Positions 35,987 to 48,392 of a stretch of DNA of 64,000 bases are shown in pieces. Position 1 is the stretch's first letter. Each line of letters starts with the position of its first letter. The stretch lies in NCBI GenBank assembly GCA_963719505.1, contig CAVRCF010000005.1:640001-704000 (forward strand), written 5' to 3'. A program made the translations under genes and the position numbers. Source of the stretch: Halobacteriovoraceae bacterium. GTDB taxonomy: Bacteria > Bdellovibrionota > Bacteriovoracia > Bacteriovoracales > Bacteriovoracaceae. The notes under the pieces are model-generated. The model searched no databases, was not told the DNA's origin, and saw only the letters and a list, made by a program, of their open reading frames with translations.

Positions 35987-36912
35987 AGAAAGGTCTTGAG
36001 TTCTGAAATTCTTGAAACTTCTTCACCTTCAAGAGAACCATCGTCCTCTAAACATCTTTTACCATCACTGGAGCAAATATTCACTCTTTGGCAAGATCGA
36101 CTAGAGTAAATATAGTCCTGTTTTCCACGAACCAAAATCCCCTCTACTTCCATGGATTCTGTATTGAAAACAGGTGAACCTGAGTTTCCACCAAATGTAT
36201 CAAGAGAGGTAACAAAGTATTCTTTTCTTTGTGTTTTTAAAACTTCAGCGCCAGCTGCAACCTTTTTTGGTAATCCACTTGGATGCCCAATAACAGCTAA
36301 TTTATCACCGACTTTAACCTTCCCCTCTTTTCTAAGCTTTAAAGGACTAATGTCTTTGACCTTGCGATCAAGTTGAATAATGGCAAAATCTGACTTACCC
36401 GTGACCTTAGCAAAGATAACTTTCTTACAACTATAAACATGACTCGCGCTTATATCTTTGAGCTTAACTTTAGACTCGCCTTTATTAATTTGATAGTTGA
36501 AAACCCAATCATTATTCTTGCAATTATCATTCGTCTTGTTTTCAATCACACCATCACCATCTAAAAGGCAGTGACCAGCGGTAACCAGCTTATCTTCACC
36601 GATAAAGAACCCCGTGCAATTTGCAACTGTAGGTTGATCAGCAAATCTTTCATCCCGGCAAACATCTGCACCCCAAGAATCTGAAAGTAAGGTCACATCC
36701 GTGAAAGAAATAGTTTGTACGCCAGACACTCGCTTTGATGAATACGAATACTTTGCAACCATTCCTGCAACTGCTACAGAAGCTTTAAGTAACTTTTCAT
36801 TTTCAACGTCTTTAACGTCTTGTCTATTATCAATACCGTAAATAACTTTTGGCGAAGTCGCTTGCGCCGAACCTAAGAAAGCGATGGAAATCGCTAGTGA
36901 AACTTTGAACAT
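35983..36912 (-). CDS. Secreted S1 trypsin-like serine protease (start set at MFKV)
   Basis: Signal peptide, VIYG.DNR, VTAGHC, SDFAI and GGNSGSPV. Confidence 0.92.
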   Translation of the reverse strand: MFKVSLAISIAFLGSAQATSPKVIYGIDNRQDVKDVENEKLLKASVAVAGMVAKYSYSSKRVSGVQTISFTDVTLLSDSWGADVCRDERFADQPTVANCTGFFIGEDKLVTAGHCLLDGDGVIENKTNDNCKNNDWVFNYQINKGESKVKLKDISASHVYSCKKVIFAKVTGKSDFAIIQLDRKVKDISPLKLRKEGKVKVGDKLAVIGHPSGLPKKVAAGAEVLKTQRKEYFVTSLDTFGGNSGSPVFNTESMEVEGILVRGKQDYIYSSRSCQRVNICSSDGKRCLEDDGSLEGEEVSRISELKTFL

Positions 36913-37089
36913 CTTTATCCCCCGATGGCTCAAAAATCCGATTTATTGAACGCTATGACAATTAACTATGAAAAATATTCAGACACTTTTTGCTGTCTAT
37001 TACCTTTTTACACCCATCAAGCTTCTTTCTTTCTTGAAAAGGTGTCACGTGTTATAAGAACCACACTATTATTACCCTTTGGAGAAAAC

Positions 37090-38550
37090 ATGAAACAGTC
37101 TATTTTGGCGTTTACGCTTTTGAGTTCTACACTGGCCTTTGCTCAGGTGTCGCCACTGCAAGGTCATCAGTCCACAGATATTACAAAGCAAGAAGGTAAG
37201 GTGCTATGGGACTCAATGAATACTTCTTTTGAAAGTAATAGTGAATGCTACAACAGAGCTCAAGCATGGACATACGACATCAATAAACAGTTTGGCTTTG
37301 AAGGAAAAAAAATTCTTATCCATTATAGCCTTAAGTATAACCAAGAGTTAAGTTCAAAGTGGGGATTTCATATCGCTCCAGTTTACCAAACAGAAGGTGA
37401 AGATATCGTTTATGACAAAGGCTTTCAACCTTGGTTGCACGCCCCTCTTAATAAGAAAATGTGGGAAGAGAACTTTCTTGCCGCTGGAACAGACGAGCTC
37501 ATTGAAAAGAAAATAAAGCTCACTGAGAGAATTGAAAATCTTGAGGGAAGAAATTCAAGACTAAACCTTGATTCGCCAATAGAGAGAGAAGAATACTACT
37601 CAAATAGAGAAAGGATCACAGAGTATAAAGCTGAGTTAGTTGACTTTGGAATTACTGATGCTGACCTTTTAGAACAAAAGCCTAAAAAAATAGCTCAAAT
37701 AAAAAAATGGATTTCTTACTACCAAGACGAATTGGTAAGACTAAGAGGCTATCACTCACTCATCGAAAAAGTGAAAATAAAACTAAGTTATCAAAGACAG
37801 TTACTTAAAAAAGTTGAGACACAACTGGCCTATGCTGCTCATATTGAGTGTAAAAAAATAACTCATATCGAAGAGCTTGACTTCAACCTCAAAGGTGGAT
37901 GGTGTTTCATCCAGGAAGTTTCACAGTACTACTGGGGAGTTCCACAGCTTAGACAACTTAACTACGGTGTTAGTCAGATTAGAGACATCCCAGAGAGAAG
38001 CCAACTCACTTCGGCCCATAGAGCTGGAGAAGATTTTATTCAGACTGACTACGATATGAATCAAGTTTGGATTGCAAGAAAACAAGCTTTTGGCAAAGAG
38101 TACAAAGAGATCTGGAAAAAAGAATACGACTTAAAAGAAGCATCCGCTGATGCTGTATCGGATATATATGATGTCGAAAAAGATGTTTTAAAAGAGCTTT
38201 CATCAGCTGAAAAATACCTAGAGAAAGCAGTCGAAGCGGCGGAAGGTCACTCTCAGGTAAAAAATATTCTTTTAAGAATGTCTAGCCTCTTAGAGCAAAA
38301 CAAGGCCAATGCAAAATTGGTGACAAAATCAAAAGAGACAATTTACGAGATTGCCCAGAGCTTAAAAGTTGAAGACACTGAAACGAAGGTCAATGCCTTT
38401 AAAACAGCGAAGCTTAAACTTTCTGAAAGCGAAAAGAATACTGAAATAATAAAAGACTCTATCTCAACAATTAAAGATCAAGTTCGAGATATAGAAAGAG
38501 CTCAAAGACGAGCAGAAAGAGAAGAAAGAAGAAGAAATAGACGTTCATAA
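37090..38550 (+). CDS. Secreted protein-glutaminase-like (Cys-His-Asp) protein with coiled-coil insert and tail (start set at MKQS)
   Basis: GGAG RBS, signal peptide ending AFA, ECYNRAQAW, KWGFHIAP and VYD. Confidence 0.75.
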   Translation: MKQSILAFTLLSSTLAFAQVSPLQGHQSTDITKQEGKVLWDSMNTSFESNSECYNRAQAWTYDINKQFGFEGKKILIHYSLKYNQELSSKWGFHIAPVYQTEGEDIVYDKGFQPWLHAPLNKKMWEENFLAAGTDELIEKKIKLTERIENLEGRNSRLNLDSPIEREEYYSNRERITEYKAELVDFGITDADLLEQKPKKIAQIKKWISYYQDELVRLRGYHSLIEKVKIKLSYQRQLLKKVETQLAYAAHIECKKITHIEELDFNLKGGWCFIQEVSQYYWGVPQLRQLNYGVSQIRDIPERSQLTSAHRAGEDFIQTDYDMNQVWIARKQAFGKEYKEIWKKEYDLKEASADAVSDIYDVEKDVLKELSSAEKYLEKAVEAAEGHSQVKNILLRMSSLLEQNKANAKLVTKSKETIYEIAQSLKVEDTETKVNAFKTAKLKLSESEKNTEIIKDSISTIKDQVRDIERAQRRAEREERRRNRRS

Positions 38551-38574
38551 TCTTAACGTAAATTGGGGAAAGAA

Positions 38575-39510
38575 ATGAAGACAATACTACTTATCGCAAC
38601 CATGAGTGTTGGCGCAATCGCAGGTCCAGTTAGTCCGATGGATGGCTTTACAACATCGGAGCATTCAAAATCAGATCTCAATCGATTTTGGAATAAAATT
38701 AAAGCCGTAAATAAAAAAATGAAAGGTAAAGACTGTTTCAAAAGAGCAAACATCTGGTCTTACAAGCTCAATCGTGAAGATGGTGTTGTTTCTAAAAAAG
38801 TCTTTATGCACTACACGGATAAATTTAATATCGAATTGGATAATCTTGGAAGAAATGGTCTCACACGAATGGTGGGTGGTATGTTTTCCAGCAATACGGC
38901 TTGGGACTTTCATGTTGCACCAGCAGTTAATATTGAAGGGACAGACTATATCATCGATCCGAAACTAAGAAGCAAACCTGAAACCATCGAAAATTGGGTT
39001 GAGTTTCTTACTGAACGAGGTGAGAGCAGGCTCAAAATTAGAAAGAATAATCTTTTAAAAGACCTTAGAAAATATAGAAAAAGACTTAGCAGAGCTCTAA
39101 GTGAAAAAGACGATGACTTTAATAGAGTGGATAGATTAAGAGAAAAAGTCAAAGAGATAAAAGATAAGATGGACTACCTTGGTCTCAATGAAAATCCGAA
39201 TCAAAAGATCGATATCAAATGTACAAAGATTGAACATATCATGCAGTTTGATACGAACCAAAATAGTGAGTGGTGCTTTTATCAAGAAGCCTCTATGTAC
39301 TATTATGCAACTTTAGAACTGCGTTACTTAAACTACGGGAATCTTGATGTTGATATGAGACATCCCCTAACAAATCCACAATGGCAAGATGAGAGAAACT
39401 ATCAAAATGGTCGCTCTTATATTATGAGAAACTGGGATAGAGAACTTCTTGAAGAGTCTTTGGATGAATACAGACTCAACGAGAGACCTGAGAGTCTATA
39501 CGAAATTTAA
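38575..39510 (+). CDS. Secreted protein-glutaminase-like paralog (start set at MKTI)
   Basis: Signal peptide, DCFKRANIW, WDFHVAP and IIDP. Shares the I.C.KI.HI...D.N....WCF.QE.S.YY block with the upstream gene. Confidence 0.78.
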   Translation: MKTILLIATMSVGAIAGPVSPMDGFTTSEHSKSDLNRFWNKIKAVNKKMKGKDCFKRANIWSYKLNREDGVVSKKVFMHYTDKFNIELDNLGRNGLTRMVGGMFSSNTAWDFHVAPAVNIEGTDYIIDPKLRSKPETIENWVEFLTERGESRLKIRKNNLLKDLRKYRKRLSRALSEKDDDFNRVDRLREKVKEIKDKMDYLGLNENPNQKIDIKCTKIEHIMQFDTNQNSEWCFYQEASMYYYATLELRYLNYGNLDVDMRHPLTNPQWQDERNYQNGRSYIMRNWDRELLEESLDEYRLNERPESLYEI

Positions 39511-39517
39511 TAAGCGA

Positions 39518-39545
39518 AAGCCTCGATAGTATCGGGGCTTTTTTT
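39518..39545 (+). terminator. Intrinsic terminator after the glutaminase-like pair
   Basis: AAGCCTCGAT-AGT-ATCGGGGCTT followed by a T-run. Confidence 0.8.
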
Positions 39546-39704
39546 GTGTCGTATGACAACGTTATGTAATGATAGGACTTCTTACTGTCGAAATGGTTGA
39601 TCAGGTTTTAGCAGTTATATCCACTTCGCCAATGCAAAGTGTTTACCAATACCTATTGAGATTTAGTAAGGGACATATTAAATAAATTGAGAGATTGTAT
39701 GGTT

Positions 39705-40862
39705 ATGCACATAGTAATTTTATTTATCACTTTATTAAGCACACTTTCCTGTACTACTCCATCAAAACTTGATCTCACTTATCATCCTAAAAAGAAAATA
39801 ACTAAGCCTGAAAATTTAAATTCAGAATCTATAGATAAAGATCTCTCTTATTTAATGTACGCATTGAGAAATGCATACTCTGGATATTTTTATAAAAATA
39901 AATTAAGTATAGATAAAGGTATCAATAGACTTCAAAACTCACTTTTAAGCATTAAGTCGATTGACCCTTCATCGCTTTGTAAGTTAATGGCAAATTCATT
40001 CAAAAATGTACGAGATATGCACTTAACATTTAAGTTGGGGGGACACCGCTGTTTAAAAGTTGATACCCCTGGAAGTGTTGGCGAAAGGAAGTATCATTCT
40101 GATAATAAGGCTTATGTTGTAAAGGTAGAAAGATACAAGAAATACAAAGTCTTAATTATTGCCGTTTCTCGATTTTATTCACCAAGTTCTACAGTTTGGG
40201 AGGGAATGTTAGAGTTAATAGATCAAAAGATAAATAATGTAGATATAGTAGTGTTAGATGTTCGTGGAAATGGTGGAGGAGATGATGCAATGGGATACCA
40301 ATTAGCAAAAGCTTTAACTGGCGTGTCTAACATCGTTACACCTTATGGAAACTTGTATAAAGTCGTTACAACGGCAGGCCTACAAAGTCGTTGGAACTTG
40401 TTCTCTCACTTATATCATAACGCTCAGTCCTCAAAGGAAAAGCAATTCTTTAAAAGCTATATTGAAAAAGATAAAGAACTATTTGCTAATAGTAAAAGTC
40501 AAACAGAGATGCTGAATAAGATTATTGATCCGATTAGATTTTCTAAATCAATAAAGCCAACCTATATACTTCAAGATAGAGAATGTGCTTCTTCCTGTGA
40601 AAGCTCTGTCGATTTTTTTGAATATATAAAAGGAGTTATAAAAGTTGGAGAAAATACAGCTGGATATGTACACTTTGGCAATCTTGGCTTTGTTCTTTTA
40701 CCTGAAAGTACAATTCAAGTAAATATACCTTCGACTTTTAATAGTTATAGAGATGGAAGGTTCATTGAAGGAGTAGGAATAAAACCTGATATCAAGGTTG
40801 AGAAAGGAAGTGATGCTTATAACAAAGCTCTAAATCATTTTGAAAATAGAATCTCTATATAA
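39705..40862 (+). CDS. S41-family peptidase, lipoprotein (start approximate)
   Basis: Lipobox TLS-C, RDMHL, LDVRGNGGG, CASSCE, VGENTAG and EGVGIKPD. Confidence 0.85.
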   Translation: MHIVILFITLLSTLSCTTPSKLDLTYHPKKKITKPENLNSESIDKDLSYLMYALRNAYSGYFYKNKLSIDKGINRLQNSLLSIKSIDPSSLCKLMANSFKNVRDMHLTFKLGGHRCLKVDTPGSVGERKYHSDNKAYVVKVERYKKYKVLIIAVSRFYSPSSTVWEGMLELIDQKINNVDIVVLDVRGNGGGDDAMGYQLAKALTGVSNIVTPYGNLYKVVTTAGLQSRWNLFSHLYHNAQSSKEKQFFKSYIEKDKELFANSKSQTEMLNKIIDPIRFSKSIKPTYILQDRECASSCESSVDFFEYIKGVIKVGENTAGYVHFGNLGFVLLPESTIQVNIPSTFNSYRDGRFIEGVGIKPDIKVEKGSDAYNKALNHFENRISI

Positions 40863-40929
40863 AGTAAGAACTACAGCACTACAAGAATTAAACTCAGTTA
40901 AAATATTTGGCATTCTTTAAAATGTTTTT

Positions 40930-43227
40930 CTAAAAAAATGCCAACTGGTCCCCAAGAGCGATTGAGTCAAAAGACTTATTCATCGTGAACAAAACTTGAT
41001 CGGCCAGTGGCTTTATCTGTTTATCAATATAGTATTCGTAATCAATACTGGATGGGTTATTTTGAATAGGCTCAGGTCCGTTGACTGTCATCTTATAAGA
41101 GACCTCTTTTAGTCTATAGGGTCCCTTGTGATCAATTAACAGAGCAGCTTTTACATGGGGGGGAATATTTTTGTCATATTCTTTTGGATCCTTTGAAAGC
41201 CTTTTGGTTATGACTAACAAATCATCAAATTTTCCGCTTTTGAGGTCTTCAACGTATTCTTTGATAAATGTCTCCAAAGACTGTCCCATAAAATAAAATT
41301 CAAAAAGTTTATATTGAAAGTTTTTAGCAAGATCTGTCCAGTCACTTCTAACAAATTCCATTCCTGTAAACTCGAGTTCTCCTTTATGAAGTCCTACATA
41401 CCTTTTTTTAGCTCCTAGATTCGATCCACGAGCTTGAGAAAAGAAAACTTTTGAATAGATTTTTTCAAGCTCAAGTTCCAATTTTGATTCAACGGAAAAT
41501 TCTTCTTTAATAAGTCTTTTGAGAAAATCGTTGGCCTTAAAAGCGATATCTTTGGCAAATTTTTCATCTTTATCACCAAGCTTTATGAAAAGAGAATCTG
41601 TATCTCCATAGATCACTTCGAGATCTCTATTTTCAAAAAATTCAATTGTTTGCTTCAAAAGCCAATGCCCACTCTCTGTAATGGCCTTGGGTAAATCAGC
41701 GTGATAAAAGCGACAACGAATAGAGCCCATCAATCCATAGAAGCTATTCATAAGAATTTTTATCGCTAAGTTAAGAGGCTTATTCTGTAGCGCCTTTGCC
41801 TTTTCCCTTTTTTCCATCAAACCTGTGATGATAGCGGGGAGAATATTCTCTGTCTGGGAAAACTTTATCCCTACTGGAGTTCTCACACTATTGGTCTGGG
41901 CCATATATCTGGCCAGTGGATCGATGGAGAAAGTTTGAATGATGGAAGGATAAAGACTCTTGAAATCAAAAACAGCGATGTTGTCATGAACTCCAATTTT
42001 GGGCTCTATTACCATTCCACCCGAACCTTGCTCATCTCTATCGAGATCCGAGGAATTTGAAGCGACAAAGCCTCTGCGGTGAAGCTTTGGCAAATAAACA
42101 AAATCAAGCGCAGCTGTCGATATTCCAAGCCTTCCAAGGAGAAGTCCTGAAACCTCTACTCTATTGACCAAAAATTGGATCATACCAACTTTATGATAAA
42201 CTCTAGTAACAAGCTTGCAGTCGAGAATATTATAATGGGCCAAACTCACTTTATCTTCTTTAAATCTCCTCTCAATCTCCAGAACCTTTCCTGCATCACT
42301 GGCGATATCCTTACTTTCTCCAAGGAGTTCAGAAGCTACTGTCTCTAGCTTAAAGTTTTTAAATTGGTAAAAAGCAGATCTAAATGTTGGAGGACCATCA
42401 ATAACCACACGACCATAGATATGGGCAAAAAAACCAGCCCCTTTCTTCTCTTCTATCTTTATATCGGAGCGATCTCGTCCTAAACTCAATTTTATCCCAA
42501 GACGCAAACATTTATCTTCCAAAAACTTAAGGTCAAATCCAATAACATGCCATCCAATAATGATATCGGGGTTAATTTCATTGAATTCTTTGATAAAATT
42601 TAGAAGAAGCGTTTTTTCATCCGCGTAGAACGAGAGGTTTTCACTTACTGACTCGTTCACATCCGATAGCATATAAACAAATTCTTTCTCTATTGGTCCA
42701 GAGAAGTGAACTCCTATTGAGTAAAGAGAACCATCGACACCTGTTTCTATATCTAACGAACATATGAGAAAATTCGGAGTGGTTTGAGCAGGCTTGATCT
42801 GGGGATTGAGATAAACTGTCGTATCTCCTTCTTTTACCCCAGTCCCTTGGATGCTGAGTCCTCCAAAAATAAATCTCTCCATGAGAAATCTATCCGTGGG
42901 CCAGACGTCATTTTCAAAGGTTCGTATTCCTTTTTCCGCTAACTCTTTTCTCAGACTATAAAAGTCGTTTGAACTTTTGCAATAGAGAGCGCTGACGCTC
43001 AATCCTTCAAGGGATGTCAAATTGACTTGTTTCATTTCAAATTTTGTTTGAAAGTTTTGTGCAAGTTTTTCAGCCTCAGCGAATAGAACAAATTTCTCTG
43101 TATCGAATTTTAAAATGACGGGGCCACTCGAAGAATGACACACGTATTGTAGAGGATAGCGATCACCATCTTTCCAATGAGAAGTAAGAATAAAAGCTGT
43201 ATTTTGATCCATACTTGTTTCTATCAC
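40930..43227 (-). CDS. polB: DNA polymerase II (family B)
   Basis: SLDIET exonuclease motif, DFKSLYPSII, KILMNSFYG, YGDTDS and KKRY. The start may be the ATG at 43212. Confidence 0.95.
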   Translation of the reverse strand: MIETSMDQNTAFILTSHWKDGDRYPLQYVCHSSSGPVILKFDTEKFVLFAEAEKLAQNFQTKFEMKQVNLTSLEGLSVSALYCKSSNDFYSLRKELAEKGIRTFENDVWPTDRFLMERFIFGGLSIQGTGVKEGDTTVYLNPQIKPAQTTPNFLICSLDIETGVDGSLYSIGVHFSGPIEKEFVYMLSDVNESVSENLSFYADEKTLLLNFIKEFNEINPDIIIGWHVIGFDLKFLEDKCLRLGIKLSLGRDRSDIKIEEKKGAGFFAHIYGRVVIDGPPTFRSAFYQFKNFKLETVASELLGESKDIASDAGKVLEIERRFKEDKVSLAHYNILDCKLVTRVYHKVGMIQFLVNRVEVSGLLLGRLGISTAALDFVYLPKLHRRGFVASNSSDLDRDEQGSGGMVIEPKIGVHDNIAVFDFKSLYPSIIQTFSIDPLARYMAQTNSVRTPVGIKFSQTENILPAIITGLMEKREKAKALQNKPLNLAIKILMNSFYGLMGSIRCRFYHADLPKAITESGHWLLKQTIEFFENRDLEVIYGDTDSLFIKLGDKDEKFAKDIAFKANDFLKRLIKEEFSVESKLELELEKIYSKVFFSQARGSNLGAKKRYVGLHKGELEFTGMEFVRSDWTDLAKNFQYKLFEFYFMGQSLETFIKEYVEDLKSGKFDDLLVITKRLSKDPKEYDKNIPPHVKAALLIDHKGPYRLKEVSYKMTVNGPEPIQNNPSSIDYEYYIDKQIKPLADQVLFTMNKSFDSIALGDQLAFF

Positions 43228-43238
43228 AGTGAAATGAG

Positions 43239-43907
43239 TCAGTGAACTACCAACTCAAAAACTTTTTGGCCGGAATCAATAAATTTTCTCTCAAAAGGAG
43301 TAAATGCATCCTCTTCAATCTCAACCTGAGTCAACGTAGAACTTCTTGAATAGTACTGCGCAGTAAACTGTATTTCTTCAAGATAAAGGAGCCAGTTTGA
43401 TCTAAGCACTATTGAAGACTTTATATTAAACAAAAATATCGCCACAGGATTCGCTTGAAATCTTCTTTTAACATGATGTTTTTTTGGATAAGGATTAGGG
43501 TATAAAAGGTAGATCCTCTCTATTTTAAACTTATCTTGATCTTTAAAAATAAGAGGAATGAGATCGAGAAGCTCTCCACGAATGAGAAGAACATTTTTTG
43601 GTAGTTGCTCTTTAAAGTCATTTTTCCTATCCAGTCGAGAAAGAGATCGGTCAATTCCAACAATCTTGGAATCGGGATAAATCTTAGATAACTTAAACGA
43701 GCTTTCACCAACCCCGCAGCCGAGATCAAACACAACATTATGACCAGAGATAAAGTCTAGAATTTCACTCCAACATTCTCGAGAGAACTGCGCACATGGG
43801 CGTCCGTAGTTTTCAAGCGAATATTTATCTAAATACTCTGCAAGCTTTTCATGAATTCCATTTTGATTTGATAGAACTTCGTTTGAATTTCCTTGATTAA
43901 CACTCAT
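43239..43907 (-). CDS. trmB: tRNA (guanine46-N7)-methyltransferase TrmB-like
   Basis: DLGCGVG SAM motif, LYPNPYPKKHHVKRR, LRSNW and TPFERK. Confidence 0.8.
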   Translation of the reverse strand: MSVNQGNSNEVLSNQNGIHEKLAEYLDKYSLENYGRPCAQFSRECWSEILDFISGHNVVFDLGCGVGESSFKLSKIYPDSKIVGIDRSLSRLDRKNDFKEQLPKNVLLIRGELLDLIPLIFKDQDKFKIERIYLLYPNPYPKKHHVKRRFQANPVAIFLFNIKSSIVLRSNWLLYLEEIQFTAQYYSRSSTLTQVEIEEDAFTPFERKFIDSGQKVFELVVH

Positions 43908-43930
43908 AATAAATTGTACATTAATGACTT

Positions 43931-45136
43931 ATGCAGACAAGTCTTAACGATAAAATCACATTTATTATGCTCATAGGCAGTTCACTTCACCGCTACGGGG
44001 CCAGTGCAGATAGAGTTGAGAAAGCGTTAACTCTTATTGCATTAAAGCTCAATATTGAATCTCAGTACTTCGCTTTTCCAACGGGTATCTTTGCAAGCTT
44101 TAAAGAAGAAGGTCACGAGCAAACACGTATGGATAGATTGGATCCAGGAAAGATCAACCTGTCGAAACTTCTCTATGTCGATGAGATCGTGGATCAGGTT
44201 CTATGGAATGAGATTAAAATAACTGAGGGCACACAAAAAATAAGAAAGATCACAAGCAAGCTTCCTCTTTACAATAATTATTTAGTGACCCTCTCCTATG
44301 GACTTTTAGGTTTCGCTATCGCTATGTTTTTAAAAGGTACTCTTTTAGATGCGGGTCTCTCTCTCATTTTGGCCTCGGTTTTGGGCTTTTTCACAGAAAC
44401 AGTTAAAGAAGAGAGAATTGACTCAATCGTTGAGGGAATCGTCTCTTTTTTTGTAGCGCTTACCACTTTATACCTGGGCTCTATTTATCATATTAATATA
44501 AATATAGTGATTCTCTCTTCCATCATCATGTTAGTGCCTGGCCTTATGTTGACATTGGCCATTGGAGAACTTGCCTCTCAAAACCTAACGGCAGGGACAG
44601 CCAGAATAATGGGCTCTTTGGTGATCCTTCTCAAAATCTCTTTTGGGGTCTATCTCGCTTATCAAGTCTCTCGCTACTTTAATCTGAAGATTCTAGTGGG
44701 AACGATAGCAACTCCAAGCCTATCAGTAATGATAGTCTCTTTAACCCTTGCTGGAATTGGATTATCTTTGTCATTTCAAGCGAGAGTTCAAGAGTTTTTC
44801 TGGATTATCCTTGCGGCATTTTTAAGCTATTTTAGCTCTCAGTTCTTTCTGGATCTTTTTGGACACACTGCGGGTTATCTTTGTTCAGGAGCTTTTATTG
44901 GCTCGTTGAGTAATCTCTATTCTAGAGTCATGAACAGACCTGCTCTTATCTTTTTACTTCCGGCCATTATTTTGTTGGTTCCTGGAAGTATTGGGTTTAA
45001 AGGACTGAACTTACTTTTTGACAGAAACGTCCTCGAGGGCTTTAACTCTATTTTTAATATGGTAACGATTGGAATCTCTTTAGTCAGTGGAACTTACTTT
45101 GGAGCCCTCTTAATAAAACCAAGACGCTCAATCTAA
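43931..45136 (+). CDS. ThrE-family threonine/serine exporter (fused two-domain form)
   Basis: LHRYGASADRVE, two LVPG motifs and about 10 hydrophobic segments. Confidence 0.88.
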   Translation: MQTSLNDKITFIMLIGSSLHRYGASADRVEKALTLIALKLNIESQYFAFPTGIFASFKEEGHEQTRMDRLDPGKINLSKLLYVDEIVDQVLWNEIKITEGTQKIRKITSKLPLYNNYLVTLSYGLLGFAIAMFLKGTLLDAGLSLILASVLGFFTETVKEERIDSIVEGIVSFFVALTTLYLGSIYHININIVILSSIIMLVPGLMLTLAIGELASQNLTAGTARIMGSLVILLKISFGVYLAYQVSRYFNLKILVGTIATPSLSVMIVSLTLAGIGLSLSFQARVQEFFWIILAAFLSYFSSQFFLDLFGHTAGYLCSGAFIGSLSNLYSRVMNRPALIFLLPAIILLVPGSIGFKGLNLLFDRNVLEGFNSIFNMVTIGISLVSGTYFGALLIKPRRSI

Positions 45137-45150
45137 CAAAAGCCTAGGCT

Positions 45151-48064
<2,914 letters not shown>

Positions 48065-48088
48065 AGGCCCTTGAACTTTCAAGGACCT
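48065..48088. terminator. Hairpin between convergent fadH and the small ORF
   Basis: AGGCCCTTGAA-CT-TTCAAGGACCT inverted repeat. Confidence 0.5.
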
Positions 48089-48103
48089 TAACTTAAATGC
48101 TAA

Positions 48104-48325
48104 TTATTCAGCAGCTTGTTCTGTAGCTTCTGGAGAAGCTTCTTCAGTTGGAGCTTCAGCAGCAGGCTTTGCAGCAGCTTTAGAAACTTTGATAAATCCA
48201 CCTTCAGCTAGGATTGTAGACTTCTCATCTCCGTTGATCCACTTGTTGTTTTTGTTTTTAACACCAAAACGACCACTTCTTTTTTTGTAAACTGTGTTTT
48301 TTCCGATTTTCTTTACTAATTCCAT
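48104..48325 (-). CDS. Small basic hypothetical protein with Ala/Glu/Pro-rich tail
   Basis: AAGGAG RBS and codon usage resembling the ribosomal protein genes here. Confidence 0.75.
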   Translation of the reverse strand: MELVKKIGKNTVYKKRSGRFGVKNKNNKWINGDEKSTILAEGGFIKVSKAAAKPAAEAPTEEASPEATEQAAE

Positions 48326-48392
48326 TGAATTCTCCTTACTCTAAAATTAATTTCTTGAGTTCGATAAATATGACTTAAATTAAAATTATTGT

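Noticed and set aside
36925-37089. 55-codon N-terminal extension of the first glutaminase-like ORF
   Set aside because: The RBS and signal peptide point to the ATG at 37090. Similar over-extensions were trimmed for rimM, the HAD hydrolase, fadH, cheY and the endonuclease.
39550-39575. CAACGTTATGT resembling an integron attC/attI core before the AT-rich S41 gene
   Set aside because: There is no matching inverse core or attC palindrome after the gene, and no integrase in the window.
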